DNA of 62,621 nucleotides, counting the filler, from Anaerolineae bacterium (GTDB lineage Bacteria; Chloroflexota; Anaerolineae; Epilineales; Epilineaceae): the NCBI GenBank assembly GCA_029262755.1. It is 6 parts of 6 records of this genome, joined end to end, with 100 filler letters (N's around TTAATTAATTAA, not from the genome) between each part and the next. Parts side by side here need not be neighbours in the genome. Positions count along the whole stretch, not along the records: positions 27,373 to 43,093 come from JAJCYU010000255.1; positions 43,194 to 59,725 come from JAJCYU010000256.1; 4 more parts are not named here. One strand, given 5' to 3'. The notes below the pieces were generated by a model. The model was given only the letters and a program-made list of their open reading frames with translations. It did no database searches and had not been told where the DNA came from. Shown here in pieces: positions 41,386 to 49,897 of the stretch. The translations under genes were made by a program, and so were the position numbers. How positions within the stretch are numbered: the first letter of the stretch is position 1; each line of letters opens with the position of its first letter.

Positions 41386-43093
41386 ATGACGCAGCAGACA
41401 GCGCTCACCAGCGTCGCGATCTCTCCGCAGGCCGTACGCGGCGTGCTCTCTGCCATGCGGCATGTGCAGTCCACGACGGGCGCGGCGGGGCGACCGCTCT
41501 TCGACCTGCGGCTGGTCGAGGCGCGCTTGCTGCGGGAAGGCATCGTCGACACACCGGCCAATCGGCGCTGGACGCTGGAGCAGCTACTCACCGAGATCGT
41601 CATGGACCGGCTCGCGGCGCTGCGGGGCGATGACGATCCGCAGCGCCCCGACGTCGGCGACGGTACGCCCGAGGACGAAGCCGAGGGGCTGGCGGAGGAT
41701 CTGCGCTCTGGCTCGAGCGAACGCGAAGCGTGGGGGCTGCTCTACATGCGTTTCCTCGCGCTCACCGAAGTCCCGATGGGCGAGCTTCCCGCCCGCTTCG
41801 GGGTCGGACGCCGTACGATCACGCGCCGCTTGCAGGCCGGTTTGCGTGCGTTGGCCGGCGAGCTGCGAAGCCGTGAGGCCGCCGAACCGAGCGCGAGCGA
41901 GGTGGCCGCCACGTTGTCGCCGATCGAGCGCATTCGGGTCGATCGCGGGTCGGCCGCGGAACGGGGTGCGGTTGCCGGTGACGACGAGGCCGATCGGGGG
42001 ACCGAGGGCGGCGGCCGGAGGAAGCGCGGGACGGTCGGAAGAGGCGGTGGCGAGCGGCCGGCGCTGCGAGAGATGATCGTCTTGGAAACCGACGACCATC
42101 CGGACGTGCCGGATGAGCACGCCGGGGGCATTGACCCCGCGCGTGCGGTCTTGGACGCGCTGCGTGACGGCGGACCGATCGCCCATATTGCCGCGGATAC
42201 CATGCGCGCCCTGGCCCGGCGACCGGTCCAGTCGATCCGCGACTACCGGTTGTCGCGCGTGGCCACATGGTGCGCGCCGGACCACCGGCTGGACCACCGC
42301 TTCGTGCGGCTCGGCCTGATGTTCGACCGGGGTGTCGATCACCCGCAGCGTTGGGCGCCGAGCGAGGAATGCTACGACGGGTTGACCGCACTGCTCGAAA
42401 GCACCGACGAGCCGGCGATCGTACTGCTTGGCCCGCCGGGCTCCGGCAAGAGCAGCCTGCTGCGGCATCACGAGCTGGAGTTGGCGGCCAAGGGACTACG
42501 CGGCGAGAGCGAGCGGCTCAGCCTGCTGCTGCCGCTCAATGCCTATGGGGGCGATCGCGCGGGTGTATCGCGGGAGCAGGTGCCTTCGCCGCTGGCTTGG
42601 ATCGCAAGCTCGTGGCGGCGACGCTACCCGGCGCTGCCCTCCTTCGAGCACATGCTGGCCGATGGACGACTGACGCTTTTGCTCGACGGGCTCAACGAGA
42701 TCCCCCATGCGGGGCCGTCCGACTACGCGCGCTGCGTCGACCTCTGGCGGACGGCTATTGCGGAGATCGCGGCCCTTCCGGGCAATCGCATGGTCTTCAC
42801 GTGTCGCAACCTCGACTACAGCAGCCCGCTCTCCAGCGAGACGCTGCCCGTGCCGCAAGCGCGACTTGAGGCGCTCGGCGACGAGCTGGTTCGCCGCTTC
42901 TTGCACGTCCATCTCCCAGCTCAGGCCGATGCGATCTGGCAGGCGCTCGAGCAGCGCGATTCCGCAATGCGCGAGCTGGTGCGCACGCCCTTTCTGCTAC
43001 GGCTGCTGATCGAGCAGGCCGCCGCGGAAGGCGGTCTACCGGCGGGCGAGGCCGCGCTCTTCGGCGGCTTCGTGCGCCGGGCGCTCCTGCGCG
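41386..43093 (+). CDS. NACHT NTPase with N-terminal HTH-containing domain, 3' truncated by the gap
   Basis: Walker A GPPGSGKS, Walker B LLLDGLNE, VFTCR, LVRTPFLL. The N-terminal ~160 aa align by eye with 36527-36997. Confidence 0.88.
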
Positions 43094-43193
43094 NNNNNNN
43101 NNNNNNNNNNNNNNNNNNNNNNNNNNNNNNNNNNNNNTTAATTAATTAANNNNNNNNNNNNNNNNNNNNNNNNNNNNNNNNNNNNNNNNNNNN
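43094..43193. other. Artificial contig linker
   Basis: N run with TTAATTAATTAA. Confidence 0.99.
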
Positions 43194-43472
43194 TCGGGAC
43201 CGGGGCTGCCCGTAGCACTTCGTTGCCGCACGAAGCGCGACGTTGCTGGTCAACCCAAACGTCGCGAACGCCTCGAACCCGAACGGATGTTCGCTCGCCA
43301 GCGAGTCTAGCACGCATGTTCCATATGCGTCAAGGGAGCGCCGCACGAGTGCCATTCGCGTGACTTCGTTATGACAGCTGCGCGACCTGCGCGCGACAGG
43401 CCGACCGGATACCGGAAACCGGACGGCTGGGTGACTACTGTGTGGCCGGCGACACGCATCTTGAGAGCGCCA

Positions 43473-44423
43473 TCACGAACCGCCCTTCACCGTCCCCCCG
43501 CCCCATTCAACGTCGATGTCCTGCCGGCTCGCGGCGTAAGCCGGCCGCACCCGCCACCAGATGACGGCGGTGCTCACGGCGTAGAGCGCGAGCAGGATCT
43601 GGCCGTCCTCCGTCACCGATTGACCCCGCGGCCTCTTGAGCGCGATGTCGAGGAACGCGCCCGCGAAGGCGGCAACCAGAATGCCGGCCAGCAGCACGCC
43701 GAGCAGCCGCACGGTGCCGATGACGAAGGCCGTAGTCGCCTCAATCCGCGCCTGGCGATGCAGCGCGAGCGAGGGAGCAGGCGGCAGCGCCTTGAGCGGA
43801 CCCCCACGCGCCATCGCCCACCAGGCGACCCCCCAGCCGAGGACCGATAGCGGCAAGAGCCATGGTCCATCGGCCGCGAGCTCCGGCCGTGGACCGCCGA
43901 GCACGCCCTCCGCCAGCGCAGCGGCCAGCCCGGCGAGCACGGGGCCGAGCGGCACCGTCAGCCCCAACCGGACGCCCGCGACGTATGCCCGCCACGGATC
44001 CGGCACCAGCGCATCCGCCTCGCGCTTGCCGATCTCGCGTCCGGGCGCGAGCCTCGCGGCGGCCGCGGGATTCGCGGCGGGCGCTGCCTTCCCGGCCGCC
44101 GCGACGTCCGGACGCTCGTCCGCCGCGGCACGCTCGCCCTGCGGCGTGGGCAGCACGGCGCCGGTCGTGAATCCGATCGCGCTCGCGGCGAGCTCCGTGA
44201 CGTCCTCGCTCGGTCCTGCGTCGCCGGGCCGCGCGATCCCGTGCGCATCATCCGCGGCGGCGGCGTCCGCTTCGAGGTCGGCAAGCGCTAGATCGTGCGC
44301 TTCATTCGCACGCCCGTCGCGCCGCGCCAGACGGGTGGCGCGGCGCGCACGGAGGCGGTCCACCGCCTCGAGCGCGAACACACCCACGAGGGCTCCGACG
44401 AAGGCGAAGATGGCTTGGGACAT
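43473..44423 (-). CDS. Hypothetical membrane protein (N-terminal helix, Ala-rich linker, about four C-terminal helices)
   Basis: AAGGAG upstream of ATG 44423; hydrophobic segments AIFAFVGALVGVFAL, LTVPLGPVLAGLAAAL, LLGVLLAGILVAAFAG. Confidence 0.7.
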   Translation of the reverse strand: MSQAIFAFVGALVGVFALEAVDRLRARRATRLARRDGRANEAHDLALADLEADAAAADDAHGIARPGDAGPSEDVTELAASAIGFTTGAVLPTPQGERAAADERPDVAAAGKAAPAANPAAAARLAPGREIGKREADALVPDPWRAYVAGVRLGLTVPLGPVLAGLAAALAEGVLGGPRPELAADGPWLLPLSVLGWGVAWWAMARGGPLKALPPAPSLALHRQARIEATTAFVIGTVRLLGVLLAGILVAAFAGAFLDIALKRPRGQSVTEDGQILLALYAVSTAVIWWRVRPAYAASRQDIDVEWGGGTVKGGS

Positions 44424-44551
44424 GGCGCGCGGTCTCCTTTGCGCGCGCATCGTAGCACCCGGGGCTGTTCTGCGGCGAGAGCGTGTGGGGCAAGGGGCGA
44501 GCCCGGGATATCCTGGGCCATGGCAAACGCCCCCCGAACGCTGATTCCTAC

Positions 44552-44580
44552 TTGACACAAGCGTCGGAGAAGCCTACGGT
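44552..44580 (+). promoter_or_regulatory. Candidate sigma70-type promoter
   Basis: TTGACA (44552-44557), a 17-nt spacer, then TACGGT (44575-44580), in a divergent intergenic region. Confidence 0.5.
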
Positions 44581-45031
44581 GCGGCGGATCGCAACCCGCC
44601 GTCGACCGATCTACCCCGCATGTGCCGAGCCGCGCCGTGTTCAACGCCGATTCACGACCGCCTGCACGGCGCGCACCGTGCCCCGCCTCCCAACGTTGCC
44701 TGGTTCGGTCGGCGCGGGTCGCGATCAATCTACGTCGACACCAGTGACCTTGCGGCGTCTGTCGCCCATAAAGCGCTGTGATCGCGTTCGGTGCGCTGCG
44801 TGAGTTCTTAGCGCGGCGGCAGTGTCGGCGGCGGCGTTTGCAGCGTCGGCGTTCGTCGGGATGAATTTGCCGAGTTGCGCTCACCATCCTTTTCTTCGCT
44901 GTCACGAGTTCACCATCACGAGTTGGTGCGCGATTCGTTATTCATGCATGAACGAGCCGCGCCGCGCGACGAGCACGCTCCCCCCGCATCACCCACCCTG
45001 CTCTCCGAATCCCCCCATCGGAGTGTTCCTG

Positions 45032-46915
45032 ATGTCTCGATTTCTCCCGTCGCACACCGAAGCCGATGCGATTTCGCGTTGCGCCCGACGTGCTAGGCCG
45101 CCTAGGGACGAGCATTCGCCCGAGGAAGAGCTATCGCCGCGGGAAGGGCGGTTTCCTCGGTCACTGTGGTCGCCGCGGACGTCGACAGCCCTGGGCGTGG
45201 CGACCTTGCTCACGGCCGTCGCGCTGTGCATCGCCGCATCGGGCGCCGTTCGCCGAACCGTCGCATCGGCCGCCGTCGCTGCGGCCGCCGCCGCGGCCCA
45301 AGGTCCCCCCCGCACGATCTCGTTGCGCGACGGCATGACGCTCGTCCGCGTACCCGGCGGCCCGTTCCTGCGCGGCGACGCGGTCGACGGCCCCGGCGAC
45401 GCCGACGAGCGACCGGCGCGCAGCGTGCACGTCGACCCCTTCTGGCTCGACCTCGCCGAGGTCACGCACGGCATGTTTGCCCGCTTCGTGGCGGACACCG
45501 GCCACGTGACGGTCGCCGAACGCGAGGGCCACGTGTACGGCTTCGTCGACGGCGCCTTCCGCCGCATCGCGGGCCGGACCTGGCGGGACGCGCCCGGCGA
45601 CGCCCCGGCCGCCGAGCGCGACCGGCACCCCGTGACCGCCGTCGGCTGGGCGGACGCCGCCGCGTACTGCGCTTGGGCCGGGCGGCGGCTGCCGACGGAA
45701 GCGGAGTGGGAGCGAGCGGCACGCGGCGCGGATGCGCGCACCTGGCCGTGGGGTAACAGCGCGCCGAACCCCGCGAGCGCCAACATCGCGGACCGCGCGA
45801 GCGGCCTGCCCTGGGCCGATCCCGTCCTGGACGACGGCTACGCGGCTACCGCACCGGTCGGGCGCTATCCGGACGGCGCGGGCCCGTACGGTCACCTGGA
45901 TCTGGCGGGCAACGTGTGGGAATGGGTGGCCGACCGCTACTCGCCCGACTACTACGGCTGGGCGCCGCCGCGCAACCCGCGCGGCCCCGAGAGCGGCACG
46001 CTACGCGCGCAACGCGGCGGCGGCTATAGCGACGACGCCACCCATGTCCGCGGCGCCCGACGCAGCGCGGACGACCTGCGCTACAGCTCGCTCGACGGCG
46101 GCTTCCGCTGCGCAGCCAGCCACGTGGCATCGGCCCTGTGGCTGCCCTTCGTCCAGAAGATTCCGTACTTCGGCCCGACGCCAACCCCGGTCCCTCCTTC
46201 GCCCACCCCACGCCCCACCGCAAGCCCCGCCCCCATCGTCTGCGGCGAGGTGCCGGAATCCGGCTTCGGCAGCCTGTCCATCGAGGGCGATGTCAGCGAC
46301 CCGCCGGCGTCCACCAACCCCGACGTCAACCTGGCCCTACGCGGCTGGGTGACGGTGGACGAGCCCCTGTCGCTGATCGACCTCGGCGGCGAATGGGACG
46401 ACAAGGCGCCCCGCCTGGCCGAGCTGCTCGACCCGCGCGTGCCCGAACCCGTGCGCTTCTCTTCGACCCACCGCGTCTTCGACTACAACGCCGACACCGG
46501 CCGCCGCGGCCCACTGCTCACCCGCTGGCCGGTCACGCTCGCCGGCCTGCCGACCACCCCCGGCCAGCTGCTGCGCGTACCCTCCTCCGGCTACTCGATC
46601 GACGATGCCGGCGGCATGGAGGTGCTCGTCCTCCTCGCCACGGAAGAGCGCATCACGCTCAAGTACACCCGCGAGGACGACGTCGTCTTCGGCTACACGA
46701 TCCACGTCGAGGGCGCCTGCGTCGACCCCCGCCTGGTGGCCGGTTGGCAGCGCCTCGTGGCGAGCGGCCGCCGGGAGCGCCCCGCCCTGCGCGCCGGCCA
46801 AGCCTTCGCCCGCGCCCGCACCGACGAGGTGCTCGTCGCGATCCGCGACACGGGCATGTTCATGGACCCGCGCGTACGGAAGGACTGGTGGCCGGGGATG
46901 AGGTGGGGGGAGTAG
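45032..46915 (+). CDS. FGE-sulfatase (SUMF1/EgtB/PvdO-like) domain protein with internal LWLP peptide, Pro/Thr linker and unknown C-terminal domain
   Basis: RLPTEAEWERAARG, DLAGNVWEW, RGGGY, GFRC; hydrophobic N-terminal segment. Start taken at ATG 45032 (GGAG upstream), uncertain. Confidence 0.85.
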   Translation: MSRFLPSHTEADAISRCARRARPPRDEHSPEEELSPREGRFPRSLWSPRTSTALGVATLLTAVALCIAASGAVRRTVASAAVAAAAAAAQGPPRTISLRDGMTLVRVPGGPFLRGDAVDGPGDADERPARSVHVDPFWLDLAEVTHGMFARFVADTGHVTVAEREGHVYGFVDGAFRRIAGRTWRDAPGDAPAAERDRHPVTAVGWADAAAYCAWAGRRLPTEAEWERAARGADARTWPWGNSAPNPASANIADRASGLPWADPVLDDGYAATAPVGRYPDGAGPYGHLDLAGNVWEWVADRYSPDYYGWAPPRNPRGPESGTLRAQRGGGYSDDATHVRGARRSADDLRYSSLDGGFRCAASHVASALWLPFVQKIPYFGPTPTPVPPSPTPRPTASPAPIVCGEVPESGFGSLSIEGDVSDPPASTNPDVNLALRGWVTVDEPLSLIDLGGEWDDKAPRLAELLDPRVPEPVRFSSTHRVFDYNADTGRRGPLLTRWPVTLAGLPTTPGQLLRVPSSGYSIDDAGGMEVLVLLATEERITLKYTREDDVVFGYTIHVEGACVDPRLVAGWQRLVASGRRERPALRAGQAFARARTDEVLVAIRDTGMFMDPRVRKDWWPGMRWGE

Positions 46916-47304
46916 GAGGGGGTAGTGCGCAAGGGGGAAGAGCGAGTGAGCGAGTAGGCGAGCGTGTGAAACACGATGCGGACCGAGCTCGCTCTGCGTC
47001 CCAGCAGGACGCGTAGGCGCCTTCCGCAAGAATCCTGCTTCCGTGTGGTTCGGAGTGGCACTTTGTTGTTGGGCCTCAAGGCTGGCACCGTTGGTTAGGT
47101 TGCTGCTGGCTAGGTTGCTGATTGGGTGGTTCGTTGGTTGCGCGGTTGGACGGAAGTCGGTTTGGCTTGACGTACTACTGCTCGCCGACGCGTACCTAGT
47201 CCAACGTGGCGGGGACCAATCGGCCCGTCAGCACATGTTCGCCCGGTTCCATGCGAACGCCCGCACGGTCTTGGCGATACGGCGGAGTTCGTAAAGGTGG
47301 CTCG

Positions 47305-47649
47305 ATGAGCGAGTTGAACGGTCTACCAACAAGCACGGCACCGCCTTCGTATCCGGCGGTGCTCGGCGACCTCGTCGACGGACTCGCCGCGTTGCCGGGC
47401 GTGGAACGCGTCGTGTTGTTCGGCTCGCGGGCGCGCGGCGATGCGGCGCCCCGATCCGACATCGACCTGGCGATTGCCGCGCCCGGCATGGACCCGGTCG
47501 CGTGGTCGCGCCTCGAAGAGTTGGTCGAGCGCGCGCAAACGCTGCTCGTCATCGATCTCGTTCGGCTGGAAACCGCGGGCGAGACATTGCACCAAGCGAT
47601 TCACCGGGACGGCCGGATTCTCTTCCAACGTGAGGTCGACGCGGCATGA
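47305..47649 (+). CDS. mntA: Minimal nucleotidyltransferase (MNT) antitoxin
   Basis: GSX10DXD motif in LFGSRARGDAAPRSDIDL. ATGA overlap with the downstream HEPN gene. Confidence 0.88.
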   Translation: MSELNGLPTSTAPPSYPAVLGDLVDGLAALPGVERVVLFGSRARGDAAPRSDIDLAIAAPGMDPVAWSRLEELVERAQTLLVIDLVRLETAGETLHQAIHRDGRILFQREVDAA

Positions 47650-48041
47650 GCACCGACCCTGTGGCCATCGTGCTGGACCAGCTCGATCAGGCCGTCACCC
47701 AACTCGAACAAGCGTTGACCCTGCGCGAACCCAATGCGCTGGAGGTCGATGGCACGATCCAGCGATTCGAGTTCTGCTTTGAATTGTCGTGGAAGGGCCT
47801 GCGTCGCGTGTTGGCATGGGAGGGGATCGAGGTGCGTAGCCCACGCTCCGCCATCAAGGCCGGGTATGCGCAGGAGCTGTTGCTCGACGAAGGCGCATGG
47901 CTGTCCATGCTCGCGGACCGCAACCTCACCACCCACGTCTACGATGAGGCCACGGCCCGCGCCATTCACGCACGGATTCGGTCCCACGCCGACGCGATGC
48001 GCGACGCGTGGCGGCGCATGAGCGAGCGCGCGCCCGGCTGA
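47646..48041 (+). CDS. hepT: HEPN-domain toxin (HI0074-like family)
   Basis: DGTIQRFEFCFELSWK and the RX4HXY motif RNLTTHVY. Confidence 0.88.
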   Translation: MSTDPVAIVLDQLDQAVTQLEQALTLREPNALEVDGTIQRFEFCFELSWKGLRRVLAWEGIEVRSPRSAIKAGYAQELLLDEGAWLSMLADRNLTTHVYDEATARAIHARIRSHADAMRDAWRRMSERAPG

Positions 48042-48068
48042 TGCCCGCGCTGCTCGTCGATGCGCTTG

Positions 48069-49679
48069 CTACGGAGCCGGCGCAACCGACGCTTCCGCGT
48101 CCGTCACCGGCCCCAAGAGCAGCTCGAGGTGTAGGCCGACCATGACGCGGTTCGGTGCCGTGCCCACCAGCAGGTCGCCGATGCCGTCGCCGTCGAAATC
48201 GCCGACGGCCCACAGCGCGGTTCCGGGCCGCGTGAGGCTGCGGTCGGCGCGCTCGGGCGCGATCACGGCGCCGCGCGGCGTGCCGCGGAAAAGCACGACC
48301 GTGGGCTTGACTGGGGGCATCTCCTCCGGATCCCCGGTTTGCAACGGTAGCCCCACCCTGGCATCGCCGGACACGGTTGCCGGCGGCGGGCTCTGCCCGA
48401 GCACGACGTCGGTCGTACCATCGCCGTCAAAGTCCATCGGCTTCCACGCATGGCTCATGCTCATGCCCGCGAAGTCCGCGCCCGTGATCGCGCGGTCGGA
48501 CGCTCCGGCACGCAGGCGCGCTCCGAGCTGTTCCGCGTCGGCCGAACCACGCCAGACGAAGGCCCGGGTGCCGAACTCGAAGACCACGTCTCCAACGCCG
48601 TCCCCGTCCAGGTCCCGCGCCACGAGCAGCGGTTGTGGCGCAAAGGGCTGCGGGCTCGAGCCCACAACCCCGACCACGTAGCCGCCCGCCCGCGGCGGTG
48701 GCGGCGGCGAGTCCGGCGGCGTCTCCGGCACCGGCATGCGCGTGACGAGCTCCGCGGGCCACGTGTCGCGCCCCGCGACCAGGTCCGGCATCTCCGGCAC
48801 GCCGTCGGTCGCGCAGCGGCGCACGAGCAAGTCCGGCCGTCCGTCGCCGGTGACGTCGCCCACGTCGCCCAAGCCTTGCTGGCAGCGGCCCAGCCCGTCG
48901 ACAACTACATCGGGAACCAGCTCCTGCGCCGCGTTCCAAGCGCCGGTGTTGAAGACGATCTCCACGGTGCTCGATCGCGATTGCGGCGTATCGACGCCCA
49001 GGACAAAATCATTGCGGCCGTCGCCGTTCATGTCGGCGATCGCAAGCCCGATGTGCTCGGTGCCGGCAGCCCGCCCGGCCCGCGCTCGCTCCACGTCGCG
49101 CGTGAAGCGCAGACCGTCGTGCGAGCTCATCTCGGCCGGCCAGTCCGGCTGCCCCAACACTACGTGCACGTGGTGTCGGTCCGTCGTACGTGTGACGGCC
49201 GCGTTGACCAGAGCCATGACGATGTCGTCCACGCCGTCGCCGTCCACATCGCCGATCGCAACGGCGGAGAGTCCGGCCGTGCTCGGCAAGTGAATGAGCG
49301 TGGTGCGCGCGTCTTCGTTGACGGAGCCCTCCACCGGCGCACGCACGATCCGCAACGTCGCGTCGCGGCTTGCGAACGCGCCCTCGAGCACGAGGTCGTC
49401 GCGCCCATCCCCGTCGACATCACCGACGCCGAGCACGCCAAGGCTCCTGCCAAGCGGCAGCGAGACGATGGAGGCGCTCGAGATCCCGCGCGGCGCCGCG
49501 TCCGCCGGTGTCGCGGTGGCGGCGGCGATCGCGACGGCGATCGCGAAGCCGGTGGCGCTCGCGAGGGCGGCGGTGATGCCGGCCGCGGCGCGGCGGCGGT
49601 GGCCGGGGTGGCGCGCCGCGCGGACGGGCGAAGACGCGTGGGATAGATGGGATCGAAGCTTGGCTGGAAAAGCGGTCAT
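48069..49679 (-). CDS. Secreted FG-GAP/VCBS repeat beta-propeller protein
   Basis: About seven GDxDGDGxxD repeats (GDVDGDGRDD, GDVDGDGVDD, ADMNGDGRND, GDVTGDGRPD, DLDGDGVGD, DFDGDGTTD, GDFDGDGIGD). AGGAGG before ATG 49679; signal-like N-terminus. Confidence 0.85.
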   Translation of the reverse strand: MTAFPAKLRSHLSHASSPVRAARHPGHRRRAAAGITAALASATGFAIAVAIAAATATPADAAPRGISSASIVSLPLGRSLGVLGVGDVDGDGRDDLVLEGAFASRDATLRIVRAPVEGSVNEDARTTLIHLPSTAGLSAVAIGDVDGDGVDDIVMALVNAAVTRTTDRHHVHVVLGQPDWPAEMSSHDGLRFTRDVERARAGRAAGTEHIGLAIADMNGDGRNDFVLGVDTPQSRSSTVEIVFNTGAWNAAQELVPDVVVDGLGRCQQGLGDVGDVTGDGRPDLLVRRCATDGVPEMPDLVAGRDTWPAELVTRMPVPETPPDSPPPPPRAGGYVVGVVGSSPQPFAPQPLLVARDLDGDGVGDVVFEFGTRAFVWRGSADAEQLGARLRAGASDRAITGADFAGMSMSHAWKPMDFDGDGTTDVVLGQSPPPATVSGDARVGLPLQTGDPEEMPPVKPTVVLFRGTPRGAVIAPERADRSLTRPGTALWAVGDFDGDGIGDLLVGTAPNRVMVGLHLELLLGPVTDAEASVAPAP

Positions 49680-49897
49680 GGTCCACCTCCTGAAGCCGGT
49701 TGGCTCTCCTTGCAACACGCGGGGGTCGGATATGGGGACAGCGGTGGGTTCGATTGGGTTCCACGGATGTGGAGCGGAGAGATCCGGCGCTGGGGTGGGT
49801 CAACTTCTGTACGTTGTCGGCCGGTGCGTGGGGGTACGTGGGGGGGACGGTTCGCGGGTGAGCGGGGGACCTCGCGTAGCTGGAGCCGACGTGCTTG

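Noticed and set aside
43194..43355. Short minus-strand ORF running into the gap
   Set aside because: Too short, with no recognisable motif or clear RBS.
41386..46915. NACHT gene and FGE gene as one split NACHT-FGE system
   Set aside because: They are separated by a contig linker, and the FGE protein has its own export-like N-terminus.
47040..47200. G/T-skewed stretch with a short AGGTTGCTG duplication
   Set aside because: Low complexity with no consistent period, structure or credible ORF.
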